From: Rhodospirillaceae bacterium
GTDB lineage: Bacteria > Pseudomonadota > Alphaproteobacteria > UBA828
Assembly: GCA_018666805.1 (NCBI GenBank)
Contig: JABIXB010000135.1
Location: 1-63,168, forward strand
Reading direction: 5' to 3'
DNA length: 63,168 bases
Positions 25,185 to 34,675 of the stretch are shown one piece after another. Below the pieces are notes generated by a model. That model had not been told where the DNA came from, searched no databases, and saw only the letters and a program-made list of their open reading frames with translations. The translations under genes were made by a program, and so were the position numbers. Each line of letters starts with the position of its first letter. Within the stretch, counting starts at the first letter, position 1.

Positions 25185-25449
25185 GTGGATAGAATCTAAC
25201 CTATGGCACCCATACGACGGTCTCCCAAGCCCACCCGGATAGGCGCCCGATGCGCTGTGATGCGGTGCCATCACAAGCATCGGGCAACGCAGCCGGTGGG
25301 CTCGGGAGATCGCCCGAAGGGTCCCCTATCCCGGCTTCTCGATGCGTCGAGCCGCCCTTGACGAAGCTAAGGCATCGCCTGCGGGCACTCTTCTGCCGAG
25401 AAACCGGGATAGGGGATCGTATGGGTGCCATAGGTTAGATTTTATCCAC
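25185..25449. repeat. 265-nt nested palindromic element / highly structured intercistronic RNA (three-way junction)
   Basis: Outer inverted repeat 25185-25217 vs 25417-25449 (33 bp, one G/T position). The first inner hairpin pairs 25218-25235 with 25295-25312, then 25245-25253 with 25277-25285, then 25256-25262 with 25269-25275. The second inner hairpin pairs 25322-25334 with 25404-25416, then 25336-25341 with 25397-25402. The right arm contains the last four cdd codons plus the stop. Confidence 0.8.
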
Positions 25450-25845
25450 TAAATTATCGGCGATAAAAGCATAGGGCAGTAAATCTCCAAGGGGAATAGT
25501 TTGGCGTAGGCCCTCCGGCCCGCACACATGCACCGGCGTCTTGGGGCCGGCGAATTCGCTCAGGCGTTGGCGGCAGCCGCCGCACGGCGTGCACAGGCGT
25601 TCGCCTTCGCCGATGACGACGATTTCGGCGATATTACGATCGCCGCCGCTCACCATGGCGCCGATCGCCGATGCCTCGGCGCATTGGCCTTGCGGATAGG
25701 CGGCGTTCTCGACATTGCAGCCGGCATAGAGGCGCCCGCTTTCGGCGCGGATGCAGGCGCCGACATGGAAGCCGGAATAGGGCGCATGGGCGTTGGCGCG
25801 CGCCATTGCGGCTTGTTCGATCATATCTTTCAGGTCCGCGCTCAT
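25435..25845 (-). CDS. cdd: Cytidine deaminase
   Basis: 136 aa from the ATG at 25845 (ATGA overlap with the permease stop). Contains APYSGFHVGA, NVENAAYPQGQCAEASA and CTPCGGCRQ (Zn ligands). The longer track ORF (to 26061) is an artefactual extension. Confidence 0.88.
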   Translation of the reverse strand: MSADLKDMIEQAAMARANAHAPYSGFHVGACIRAESGRLYAGCNVENAAYPQGQCAEASAIGAMVSGGDRNIAEIVVIGEGERLCTPCGGCRQRLSEFAGPKTPVHVCGPEGLRQTIPLGDLLPYAFIADNLVDKI

Positions 25846-26816
25846 TTTTCCTTCACATATGGGACGCCGCTCGCTTTCGGCGGTATCGCCTTGCCAACGA
25901 AACCAGCCAACAGCAGCACCGTCAAGATATAGGGCAGCGCCTGGATCGCCTGCACGGGGATTATTCCGATGCCGGGAATGTCGACGCCCTGCAGGCGGGC
26001 TTCCAAGGCCTGGGCGAAGGCGAAGAGGAAACAGGCGAGCAGGGTCGGCAACGGCTTCCACTTGCCGAAGATCAATGCGGCGAGCGCGAGATAACCCATA
26101 CCGGCGGTCATGTCGCGGATGAAGAGCGTGTTCATGGCGATGGCGAGATAGGTGCCAGCGACGCCACAGAGGATGCCGCAGACGATCATCGCCCGGTAGC
26201 GCATGCCGGTGACCGAGATGCCCGCCGTATCGACCGCCTCGGGATTTTCGCCGACGGCTCTGAGACGCAAGCCAAAGCGCGTGCGGTAAATAAACCAGGC
26301 GGCAAGCGGCACCATGCCGAGCGCGAGATAGACGATGATATTGTGCCCGCTGATCAGTTCGCTATAGACCTCGCCGACGACCGGCACGTCGCGCAGTTTG
26401 TCGGCAAAGGGCAGATGGATCGGCTTGAAGCGCGCGATGTCGGCGATCATCGGCGTCTGGCTGCCTTGATTGAACCAGGCCAGCGCCAGCACCGGGCCGA
26501 GGCCGGCGACCAAGATGTTGAGCGCCATGCCCGATACCACCTGATTGCCATTATGGGTGACGCAGGCAAAGGCGTGGATCATCGCCAACCCTACCGAGAC
26601 GCTGATGCCGGCAAGCAGGCCGAGCCAGGCCGAATCCGTCACCAGCGCGACCGACGCGGCGGCAAAGGCGGCGCCCAGCATTTTGCCCTCGAGGCCGATA
26701 TCGACGATGCCCGAGCGCTCGGCGAACATGCCGGCGAAAGAGGCCAGTATCAGCGGCGTCGAGACGCGCAGCATGGCGTCGAGCATGAGCACGAAGAAGG
26801 TGATATTTTCGCCCAT
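25842..26816 (-). CDS. ABC transporter permease (nucleoside/BMP-type system)
   Basis: 324-aa polytopic membrane protein of the branched-chain/ribose-type permease family, in operon with the BMP binding protein. Confidence 0.85.
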   Translation of the reverse strand: MGENITFFVLMLDAMLRVSTPLILASFAGMFAERSGIVDIGLEGKMLGAAFAAASVALVTDSAWLGLLAGISVSVGLAMIHAFACVTHNGNQVVSGMALNILVAGLGPVLALAWFNQGSQTPMIADIARFKPIHLPFADKLRDVPVVGEVYSELISGHNIIVYLALGMVPLAAWFIYRTRFGLRLRAVGENPEAVDTAGISVTGMRYRAMIVCGILCGVAGTYLAIAMNTLFIRDMTAGMGYLALAALIFGKWKPLPTLLACFLFAFAQALEARLQGVDIPGIGIIPVQAIQALPYILTVLLLAGFVGKAIPPKASGVPYVKEK

Positions 26817-26824
26817 CGCCGCGC

Positions 26825-27946
26825 CTACTCTGCCGCCGCCGGTGCGGACCGGGCGCGGCGCATAAAGAGCGCCTCAATGCGGGGACGGAACATGTTCTCC
26901 AAGGCACCGGAAAAGAGAATGACCAAGCCCTGGATCACCACCACCATGTCGCGGTTGATATTCGGCATATCAAAGGCGAGCTCCTGGCCGCCCTGATAGA
27001 GCGCGCCGAACAAAAGCGCGGCGAGAAAAATGCCGAACGGATGGTTGCGTCCCATCAGCGCGACGGCGATGCCGACGAAGCCGTAACCGGCGGTGAATTC
27101 GAGCAGCAGGCGGTGATGCACGCCGAGAATTTCATTGACCCCGACCAGCCCGGCGAGGCCACCGGAGATGCACATGGCGAGGATAATCGCGCGCGACGGC
27201 ATAATGCCGCCATAGACGGCGGCGGATTCATTCTGCCCGACAGAGCGAATTTCATAGCCCCAGCGCGTGCGCCAGACAAAAAACCAAAACAGCACGCAGC
27301 AGATCAGGGCGAGCACGAAAGAAAGATTGAGAAAGGAATGGCCGGCGTCGATGCCGATTTGGGCCAGAATATCATGCACGAAAGGCATGATCGCGCCGGC
27401 CTCAAAATCACGGCTCTCGGCCGATTGCTGGCCCGGCTCGATGAAAATCTCGACCATCAGATAAGTCATCAAGGCGGCGGCGATAAAGTTGAACATGATT
27501 GTCGTGATAACGATATGGCTGCCGCGCTTGGCCTGTAGCCAGGCCGGAATAAAGGCCCAGGCACCGCCGAATGCGGCGGCGGCCAAAATGCCGAGGATCA
27601 GCACGATCGGCGATGGCCAATGGCCAATGGCGAGGCCGACTACGCCGGCGCCGAGGCCGCCGAGATAGGCTTGGCCCTCGCCGCCGATATTAAACAGGAA
27701 ACAATGAAAGGCGATGGCGACGGCAAGGCCGGTGAAGATGAAATTGGTGGTGTAATAGAGCGTGTAGCCGATCGCCTCGGGATAGCCGAAAGCGCCATAG
27801 GCGAGAATCGAGATCGCCTCGAACGGGTCTTCGCCGAGCGCGAAGATGAGCAGGCCGGAAATGATCAGGGCGAGCGCCAGATTGATCAACGGCACCAGCG
27901 CGTGCGTCACCCAGCGCGGCGCTTCGGTCGGCGCGCCGATGCTCAC
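26825..27946 (-). CDS. ABC transporter permease (nucleoside/BMP-type system)
   Basis: 373-aa polytopic membrane protein. Its start overlaps the ATPase stop by 4 nt. Confidence 0.85.
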   Translation of the reverse strand: MSIGAPTEAPRWVTHALVPLINLALALIISGLLIFALGEDPFEAISILAYGAFGYPEAIGYTLYYTTNFIFTGLAVAIAFHCFLFNIGGEGQAYLGGLGAGVVGLAIGHWPSPIVLILGILAAAAFGGAWAFIPAWLQAKRGSHIVITTIMFNFIAAALMTYLMVEIFIEPGQQSAESRDFEAGAIMPFVHDILAQIGIDAGHSFLNLSFVLALICCVLFWFFVWRTRWGYEIRSVGQNESAAVYGGIMPSRAIILAMCISGGLAGLVGVNEILGVHHRLLLEFTAGYGFVGIAVALMGRNHPFGIFLAALLFGALYQGGQELAFDMPNINRDMVVVIQGLVILFSGALENMFRPRIEALFMRRARSAPAAAE

Positions 27947-29547
27947 GGCGTATTTTCCTGCGATGTGGGTGCCTGCGGCGGTGTTTGCCGCTCACCGGCC
28001 ATCATCAGGCCGAGTGCCTGTTCAGTGGCTTCGCTTTGCGTTACCTCGCCGACAATCTCGCCATCGAACATCACCAGGATGCGGTCGGAGAGCGAGAGGA
28101 TTTCGTCGAGCTCGACCGAGACCAATAGCAGCGCCTTGCCGGCATCGCGCATGGCGACCAGGCGGCGGTGAATAAACTCAATCGCGCCGATATCGACGCC
28201 GCGCGTCGGCTGACCGACGAGCAGGACATCCGGGTCGCGGTCCATCTCGCGGCCGAGCACGATTTTCTGCTGATTGCCGCCGGAGAAAGCGCCGGTGCGG
28301 AGACGCGGCAAGGGCGGACGAACATCATATTCTTCCATCTGTCGGCCGACATCGGCGACGATGGCGGTGTGATCCATCAGCACCCGGCCATTATATTTCT
28401 CGTCGCGGTGATAGCCGAGAATGCCGCTTTCGCACGCCTCGAACGAAGTGACCAGGCCCATATGCTGGCGGTCTTCTGGCACATGGCCGACGCCGGCGGC
28501 GCGCACATTGCGCGCACCGCGCGCCGTGCCGCCGGCAATCTCCTCGCCTTTGATCAGGATATGGCCTGATTTCTTCGGCAGGATTCCGGCGAGCGCCGCC
28601 ATCAGCTCCGATTGGCCGTTGCCGGCAACGCCGGCGATGCCGAGAATTTCGCCGGCATGAACCTCGAAGCTGACATTCTTGACGCGCGCCAAACCGGTAT
28701 GGTCATTGACGCATAAATCCGCCACTTCGAGGAAAGCGGCGCCTGGATGGGCCGCGCCTTTTTCAACTCTGAGAAGGACGCTGCGCCCGACCATCTTGGC
28801 CGCGAGGTCCTCGCGCGTCGTCTCGGCGGTCATCACCTGAGCGACGACTTCACCGCCGCGCATCACCGTCACTTCATCGGTGAGCGCCATGATTTCGCGC
28901 AGCTTGTGGGTAATCAGGATGATGGTTTTGCCCTGTTCCCGGAGCGCCGCTAGAATGCGGAACAGATGATCGACCTCCTGCGGCGTGAGCACGCCGGTCG
29001 GCTCGTCGAGAATGAGAATATCGGCGCCGCGATAGAGCGCCTTCAGAATTTCGACGCGCTGCTGCACGCCGACCGGCAGTTCGCCGACAATCGCATCCGG
29101 GTTCACTTCAAGATTGTAATCGCGCTCGAGGCGCTGCAATTCGCTGCGCGCCGCCGCCAGGCTGGGCGCCAGCATGCGCCCGCCTTCGACGCCGAGCACG
29201 ATATTTTCCAAAACGGTGAAGGTGTCGACCAGCATAAAATGCTGATGCACCATGCCGATGCCGGCGGCGATGGCGTGCTCGGGGCCTTTGATTTGCACCG
29301 GCTCGCCACCCACGCGGATTTCGCCGCTATCGGCTTGGTAGTAGCCATAGACGACGCTCATCAGCGTCGATTTGCCGGCGCCGTTTTCGCCGATAATGCC
29401 GTGGATGGTGCCGGGCGCAACCCGGACATTGACGTTGCTATTGGCGTGAACGGTACCGAACCATTTTTCGATGCCGATCACTTCGAGAGCGGGCGGGGCG
29501 GCGCCGGAGGGGGGCGAGGCTTCTCGCCCGCGATCCGACGCCGCCAT
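27943..29547 (-). CDS. ABC transporter ATP-binding protein with duplicated ATPase domains
   Basis: Contains GENGAGKST, ILILDEPT, a second cassette with GVAGNGQSEL, LSGGNQQK-like (FSGGNQQK) and LLVGQPTRGVD. Confidence 0.9.
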   Translation of the reverse strand: MAASDRGREASPPSGAAPPALEVIGIEKWFGTVHANSNVNVRVAPGTIHGIIGENGAGKSTLMSVVYGYYQADSGEIRVGGEPVQIKGPEHAIAAGIGMVHQHFMLVDTFTVLENIVLGVEGGRMLAPSLAAARSELQRLERDYNLEVNPDAIVGELPVGVQQRVEILKALYRGADILILDEPTGVLTPQEVDHLFRILAALREQGKTIILITHKLREIMALTDEVTVMRGGEVVAQVMTAETTREDLAAKMVGRSVLLRVEKGAAHPGAAFLEVADLCVNDHTGLARVKNVSFEVHAGEILGIAGVAGNGQSELMAALAGILPKKSGHILIKGEEIAGGTARGARNVRAAGVGHVPEDRQHMGLVTSFEACESGILGYHRDEKYNGRVLMDHTAIVADVGRQMEEYDVRPPLPRLRTGAFSGGNQQKIVLGREMDRDPDVLLVGQPTRGVDIGAIEFIHRRLVAMRDAGKALLLVSVELDEILSLSDRILVMFDGEIVGEVTQSEATEQALGLMMAGERQTPPQAPTSQENTP

Positions 29548-29618
29548 GAAAGTCTCCCTAATCTTTCCGTCCGCTCATCTGCGCCGCGGCCCGCGTTCAG
29601 GCTTGGCGGCGCCCCTCC

Positions 29619-30626
29619 CTACTGCGCCATATAATCCGTTACCTCGACCTTGCCGCTGATGATGTCTTTGCGCGCGGCTTCGATCTTCATTTCCATATCG
29701 GCGGAAACGAGATCACGATTATATTTGTCGAGCGCGAAGCCGACGCCATCTTCGGCCAGGCCGAGAATCTTGAAGCCACCCTGCCAAGTGCCATTCTTGG
29801 CGGTCATGAAGGCTTCATAGACGGCCACATCGACGCGCTTGACCATTGAGGTCAGCATCGTGCCGGGATGCATGTAGTTCTGGTTGCTGTCGACGCCGAT
29901 GGCGAGTTTGCCGGCATCCTTGGCCGCCTGATAGACGCCTACGCCGGTGCCGCCGGCGGCTGCGTAAACCACATCCGCGCCACGGTCGAACTGGCTGCGC
30001 GCCAACTCGCCGCCCTTGGTCGGGTCGTTCCATGCCGAGGGGGTCGTGCCGGTCATGTTCTGATAAACCTCGATATCGGCATTGACATATTTCGCACCTT
30101 CGACATAGCCGAGCGCGAATTTGCGAATGAGCGGAATATCCATGCCGCCGATGAAGCCGACTTTGCCGGTCTTCGAGGCCAGCGCCGCCGCCATGCCGAC
30201 TAGGAACGAGCCTTCATGCTCTTTGAAAATTACCGACTGCACATTCGGCAGATCGACAACCATGTCGATCAGGGTGAATTTGATGTCGGGGAATTCTTTC
30301 GCTACCGTCTCGACAGCCGCCGCCTGGGCAAAACCCATGGCGATGATGACCGTGGCACCGCGCCGCGCCATGTTGCGCATCGCCTGTTCGCGTTGCGACG
30401 GGTTGGTGACTTCGAACTCGCGGTAGGTAACGCCGCTTTCCGATTTGAATCTCTCAGCGCCATTATAGGCGGCTTCATTGAAGGATTTGTCGAACTTGCC
30501 GCCCATATCGAAGACGATGGCGGGTGAAAAATCATCGGCCGATGCCGGACCCGTCGCCAATGCGCCGGTAACCGCCAGAGCCAGCGCGGTAAGCGCGCCA
30601 GTAAATAGTTTCTTCATATTACTCAC
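29619..30626 (-). CDS. BMP-family ABC substrate-binding protein (purine nucleoside-binding type)
   Basis: Signal peptide, then GKFDKSFNEAAYNG, GFIGGMDIP and AIGVDSNQ, typical of the Bmp/PnrA/Med family. Confidence 0.88.
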   Translation of the reverse strand: MSNMKKLFTGALTALALAVTGALATGPASADDFSPAIVFDMGGKFDKSFNEAAYNGAERFKSESGVTYREFEVTNPSQREQAMRNMARRGATVIIAMGFAQAAAVETVAKEFPDIKFTLIDMVVDLPNVQSVIFKEHEGSFLVGMAAALASKTGKVGFIGGMDIPLIRKFALGYVEGAKYVNADIEVYQNMTGTTPSAWNDPTKGGELARSQFDRGADVVYAAAGGTGVGVYQAAKDAGKLAIGVDSNQNYMHPGTMLTSMVKRVDVAVYEAFMTAKNGTWQGGFKILGLAEDGVGFALDKYNRDLVSADMEMKIEAARKDIISGKVEVTDYMAQ

Positions 30627-30705
30627 CTCCCAGTGTGGCCTGTTTTCATTTGTTTAGGCTTGTAGGTTAGCGGAGTTAGTGCGCCCGCCGCCAGCGATAA
30701 TTCGC

Positions 30706-31554
30706 CTAATTGAAGCCTTTGAGCGGCATTTTGTGATCACGCTGCAGCCAGTTCTCCGGCAGGTAACGGCAGATTCCGTCAACAAGATGAAGCGTATAGG
30801 CGTGGCGCGATTGGGCCGAGCGGTTGGCGGCGCTGCCATGCGGGAACATACCGTCGAAAATAATGAGGCTTCCCTTGGCCACTTCGAGCGGCACGAAATC
30901 GTTCTCCGGCCAGGGCGAACCGTCTTCGGTAATGGTTTCGACGCCGCCGCCCGGCGCGCGCAGGAAACGCGATTTCAGGCCCATACGGTGACCGCCCGGC
31001 AGGCCCCAGAGGCAGCCATTCTCACGCGTCGCATCCTCGAGCGCGAACCACATGCCGAGCACGCGCGACGGCTCGGTATGGAGGAAGGTGGCATCCTGGT
31101 GCCACACCACTTCGCCGCCGATGCGCGGCGGTTTGAAAATCAGCATGGATTGCAGAAGGAGCGGCTCGGTCAATCCGGCGCCGCGCGCAATTTCATCCAG
31201 GCCCGCTTGGCGCGAGAAGGCATCGAACACCGGGTCGAGATCGTGCATGGCGTGGCCGATCTTGTTGATCGAATCGAACTTGTCCTGGCGCAACGCGCCA
31301 TCATCACCGAACGCATCCTGCTCGAAGAAAAATCGGACCTTGTCGCCCGATTCGAGAAAATAATCGTCGCTCGTCTGTTCCTGCTCAAGCGTCGAAAAGA
31401 TGGATTTTTGCTCGTTTTTCTGTGGCGGCTCGAAGGCCGCCACCAGCTCCGCCGTCCGCGTCAAAAGCGCATCGCAATCCGCGTGCGAGGTAAAATTCTC
31501 CAGCACGAGAAATCCGTCGCGTTGATAGTCGCTCAGTTGTTGGCTGTTCAGCAT
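30706..31554 (-). CDS. Phytanoyl-CoA dioxygenase (PhyH) family Fe(II)/2OG oxygenase
   Basis: Contains [16 protein letters not shown] and a C-terminal HGS..N.S...R pattern. 282 aa. Confidence 0.8.
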   Translation of the reverse strand: MLNSQQLSDYQRDGFLVLENFTSHADCDALLTRTAELVAAFEPPQKNEQKSIFSTLEQEQTSDDYFLESGDKVRFFFEQDAFGDDGALRQDKFDSINKIGHAMHDLDPVFDAFSRQAGLDEIARGAGLTEPLLLQSMLIFKPPRIGGEVVWHQDATFLHTEPSRVLGMWFALEDATRENGCLWGLPGGHRMGLKSRFLRAPGGGVETITEDGSPWPENDFVPLEVAKGSLIIFDGMFPHGSAANRSAQSRHAYTLHLVDGICRYLPENWLQRDHKMPLKGFN

Positions 31555-31626
31555 GTTTCAGCTCTCGGGTTACAGGGCTGGGCTTTATCGTTATACAATC
31601 CAGCACCACACGGAAAGGAAATCGTC

Positions 31627-32670
31627 ATGCGGCTTGGTTTGTTTACGGGCTATTCAGGGCCCAAATTCTCTATCGACATGGATATGGTGCTCGAGGCCGA
31701 ACGCCTTGGCTTCGATTCGATCTGGACCTCGGAAGCCTATGGTTCGGACGCGGTGACGCCAGCGGCCTGGATATTGGCGCAAACCTCGCGCATCAATGTC
31801 GGCACCGGCATTATCCAGATGCCGGCGCGCACCCCGGCCTGCGCCGCGATGACGGCGATGACCCTGCAGGCGCTTTCCGGCGGGCGCTTTATTCTCGGCA
31901 TCGGCCCGTCCGGGCCGCAGGTGATCGAAGGCTGGCACGGCGTCGCCTATGGCCGCCCGCTTACGAGAACGCGCGAGTATATCGATATCATCCGCCAGGC
32001 GCTCAAGCGCGAAGCGCCCGTCACGCATGACGGCTATCACTATCAGCTGCCCTATAAAGGCGCGGATGCGAGTGGCCTCGGCAAGCCGCTCAAAAGCATC
32101 CTGCACGGTGATCCAAGCATGAAGATTTTCACCGCCGCCGTCGCGCCGGCCGGCATCCGCCTGTCCGCCGAGATTGCCGACGGTATGTTTCCCATCTTTA
32201 TGTCACCCGAGCGCTTCGACGTGTTCGCGGATGACCTCAATTCCGGTTTCGCCAAAGCCGGCAGCGGCAAGAGTCTCGCCGATTTCGAGATCGCGCCGAT
32301 CGTACCGCTCGCCATGGGTGACGATATCGAAGCCTGCCGCATGCCGATCCGCCGTCACTTGGCTCTCTACATTGGCGGCATGGGCGCGCCGGGTAAGAAT
32401 TTTTATAACGACTACGCCAAGCGCCTCGGCTTCGAGGAAGCGGCGGTAAAAATGCAGCAGCTCTACCTCACCGGCAAAAAGGCCGAAGCCGAGGCGGCGG
32501 TGCCCGAAGAATTGATCGACGCCATCGCCCTGGTCGGCCCGGCGGCACGCATCAAGGAACGCCTCGCGGTATGGAAGGACGCCGCTAGGCAAGGCAAGGT
32601 TTCGTCGCTCCTCTTAAGCGGCGGCAGCTCCGTTGATGCGCTTCGTTTCGTTGCCGAGGAAGTGCTTTGA
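31627..32670 (+). CDS. Luciferase-like (LLM class) flavin/F420-dependent oxidoreductase
   Basis: Starts at the internal ATG at 31627 (MRLGLFTGY...). Contains [19 protein letters not shown] and [11 protein letters not shown]. The upstream part of the 663-aa track ORF lies antisense to the PhyH gene and was rejected. Confidence 0.8.
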   Translation: MRLGLFTGYSGPKFSIDMDMVLEAERLGFDSIWTSEAYGSDAVTPAAWILAQTSRINVGTGIIQMPARTPACAAMTAMTLQALSGGRFILGIGPSGPQVIEGWHGVAYGRPLTRTREYIDIIRQALKREAPVTHDGYHYQLPYKGADASGLGKPLKSILHGDPSMKIFTAAVAPAGIRLSAEIADGMFPIFMSPERFDVFADDLNSGFAKAGSGKSLADFEIAPIVPLAMGDDIEACRMPIRRHLALYIGGMGAPGKNFYNDYAKRLGFEEAAVKMQQLYLTGKKAEAEAAVPEELIDAIALVGPAARIKERLAVWKDAARQGKVSSLLLSGGSSVDALRFVAEEVL

Positions 32671-32690
32671 TTTAGGCTGGGAGGCGCACA

Positions 32691-33491
32691 ATGAATGTCG
32701 TGATTATCGGGCTGGGCGCGATTGGGCGCATGATTGTTGACGGCGTGGCGGGCGATGAATCTCCCGTTCGTCTCGCCGGTGTGGCCGTGCGCCCGGCGCG
32801 CGCCGAAGAAGCGCGGGCGGAGCTGGTGTCTGATATTGCGGTTTTCACCTCGCCTGAGGAAATTGTCGCTGCCCGGCCCGACATGGTGGTCGAGTGCGCC
32901 GGGCAGGCGGCGCTGCGTCAATATGGTGAAGCGCTGCTCAGCTCCGGACTTGATCTCATGGTGGTGGCGACCGGCGCGCTGGCGGACGGCGATTATCGGG
33001 CGCGGCTGTTGGCGGCGGCGGAGAAGGGCGGCGCGCGCCTGCATGTGCCGGCCGGCGCCACCGCCGGGCTCGACGGCCTAGGTGCGCTGAAGGCGGGTGG
33101 CCTCGACAAGGTCACCTATGTTTCGACAAAACCGAGCCATGCCTGGAAGGGCACGCCGGCCGAGCAGGCGTTTGACTTGGAAAATTTGAGTGAGAGCACG
33201 GTGATCTATGAGGGCCGCGCCGAGGCGGCGGCGCTCGACTATCCGCAGAATGCCAATCTTGCCGCGACCATCGCCCTCGCCGGCGCCGGCTTCGACAACA
33301 CCTTCGTGCGCTTGGTGGCGGATCCGCATGCCGTGACCAATTGCGGCCGCATCGAAGCGGAGGGAAAATTCGGCCACATGATCATGGAAATGCGCGGCCA
33401 GCCGATGGCGAGCAATCCCAAGACTTCCGCCGTGACGGCGCTCAGCCTGATCTATGCACTCAACAAAGAAACCGGCAGGTTTGTAATTTAG
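32691..33491 (+). CDS. L-aspartate dehydrogenase family protein
   Basis: Rossmann N-terminus MNVVIIGLGAIGR, plus VVECAG, SxGA-like PAGATAGLD and NANLAATIALAG. 266 aa. Confidence 0.72.
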   Translation: MNVVIIGLGAIGRMIVDGVAGDESPVRLAGVAVRPARAEEARAELVSDIAVFTSPEEIVAARPDMVVECAGQAALRQYGEALLSSGLDLMVVATGALADGDYRARLLAAAEKGGARLHVPAGATAGLDGLGALKAGGLDKVTYVSTKPSHAWKGTPAEQAFDLENLSESTVIYEGRAEAAALDYPQNANLAATIALAGAGFDNTFVRLVADPHAVTNCGRIEAEGKFGHMIMEMRGQPMASNPKTSAVTALSLIYALNKETGRFVI

Positions 33492-34589
33492 TTACTTAGT
33501 TTCACGCTGGAGGCTGCCGCGGATGACCAGGGCGAGGCCGACGAAGAGCAGCACCAGGGCCAACCAAATCCATATACTGTGCGCCTCGCTGTGGATCAGC
33601 ATGCCCCAGGCAATGCCGGACAAGGTGGCGATATAATTCTGCACCGAGAAGAATACCGGGCCGGCGAGGCGGATGATTTCGAGCAGTAGCCAGAAGAAAA
33701 CCGCGTTGATCAGCACCACCGCGATCAAGGCCCAGTCGCCGCCGGTCATGATGCCGTCAAACCACCACCAGCCGCCGGAAGCCACCATCACCACGCCCAT
33801 AATAACGGCGCCGGTCAGCAAGATCGCCGAGGCGAGGGCGAGCGATGTGGTTTCGGGCGGGCGCAGCACTGCGATCAGCACGTTGGCCATGCCGTAACAA
33901 AGCGGGGTGATAAACGAGACCAACACCCAGATCACCATGTCGGGCGAGGGCAGGCTGGTCTGCGGCAACACGACAACGAGAACGGCGGAAAGGCCGACAC
34001 CCAGCCCGGCCAGTTTGAACGTATTGACCTTGTCGACGCGCAGCATAAGCGCGAATGCATAGGTCAACATCGGCACCAGGGTTTGCTGCAACCCGACCAC
34101 GCCGGCGGGCAGCTTGGCGGCGACAAAATTCACCACCAGCAGCGGCACGGACATGCCGATCGAGCCCAACACGGCATAGACCATGAGATGGCGCGGCGTT
34201 AAGCGCGGCGGACGGCGGACGAATAGCGACAGGATCAGCAATATGAGACCGGCGCCGAGCGCCTGCCAGAACACATAGGGAACAAACGGAATGCCGTCGG
34301 TGATGGCGATGCGGTTGAGGGAGAATGTCAGGCCGAGCGATATCCCGGCGGTGAACAGCATCGCCGTCGGCACCAGGCTAAAGTTCAACTTCGCCGGCGC
34401 AGCGGGCGCCGATTCGGCCTGCGTCACAGGCGCGGCCTCGGCGCTGTCCGCCGCCGCCGTGGAGGGATCCGCCGGCGGTTGAAGCCAACGGCTGCCGCAT
34501 TTGGCGCAGCGCACCTTGCGCCCCGCCGGCTCAAGTGCCTGTGGGTCGACCTTAAAGTGCGAAGCGCAAGAGGGGCAGTTGATGATCAT
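33492..34589 (-). CDS. MJ0042-type zinc-ribbon domain fused to an EamA/DMT-like membrane domain
   Basis: N-terminus MIINCPSCASHFKV...VRCAKCGSRW (CxxC...CxxC ribbon), then an Ala/Pro linker and about 9-10 hydrophobic helices. Confidence 0.7.
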   Translation of the reverse strand: MIINCPSCASHFKVDPQALEPAGRKVRCAKCGSRWLQPPADPSTAAADSAEAAPVTQAESAPAAPAKLNFSLVPTAMLFTAGISLGLTFSLNRIAITDGIPFVPYVFWQALGAGLILLILSLFVRRPPRLTPRHLMVYAVLGSIGMSVPLLVVNFVAAKLPAGVVGLQQTLVPMLTYAFALMLRVDKVNTFKLAGLGVGLSAVLVVVLPQTSLPSPDMVIWVLVSFITPLCYGMANVLIAVLRPPETTSLALASAILLTGAVIMGVVMVASGGWWWFDGIMTGGDWALIAVVLINAVFFWLLLEIIRLAGPVFFSVQNYIATLSGIAWGMLIHSEAHSIWIWLALVLLFVGLALVIRGSLQRETK

Positions 34590-34675
34590 GGCGGCTTTCG
34601 CGGTGCAAACCGGTTAGCGAATTGATTGCGCGGGTATAGTGCCTCCACATGGCGCCGTTCGCACCAATAATGTGG

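Noticed and set aside
25185-25449. Interpretation of the nested palindrome as a classical MITE or a purine-type riboswitch
   Set aside because: For the MITE reading, I could find no target-site duplication flanking the 33-bp terminal repeats and saw no second copy within this window. For the riboswitch reading, the stems are far longer and more perfect than riboswitch aptamers and there are no obvious conserved junction nucleotides. The element is kept as an unexplained structured element and not assigned to either class.
25846-26061. Upstream extension of the cdd ORF (MEAVADPARL...)
   Set aside because: It overlaps the permease gene in another frame and is Arg/Pro/Gly-rich. The conserved cytidine deaminase sequence starts at the ATG at 25845, which forms an ATGA junction with the permease stop.
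30679-31626. N-terminal 316 aa of the 663-aa plus-strand ORF
   Set aside because: This part lies antisense to the well-supported PhyH gene and has no recognisable domain. The LLM oxidoreductase homology begins at the internal ATG at 31627.
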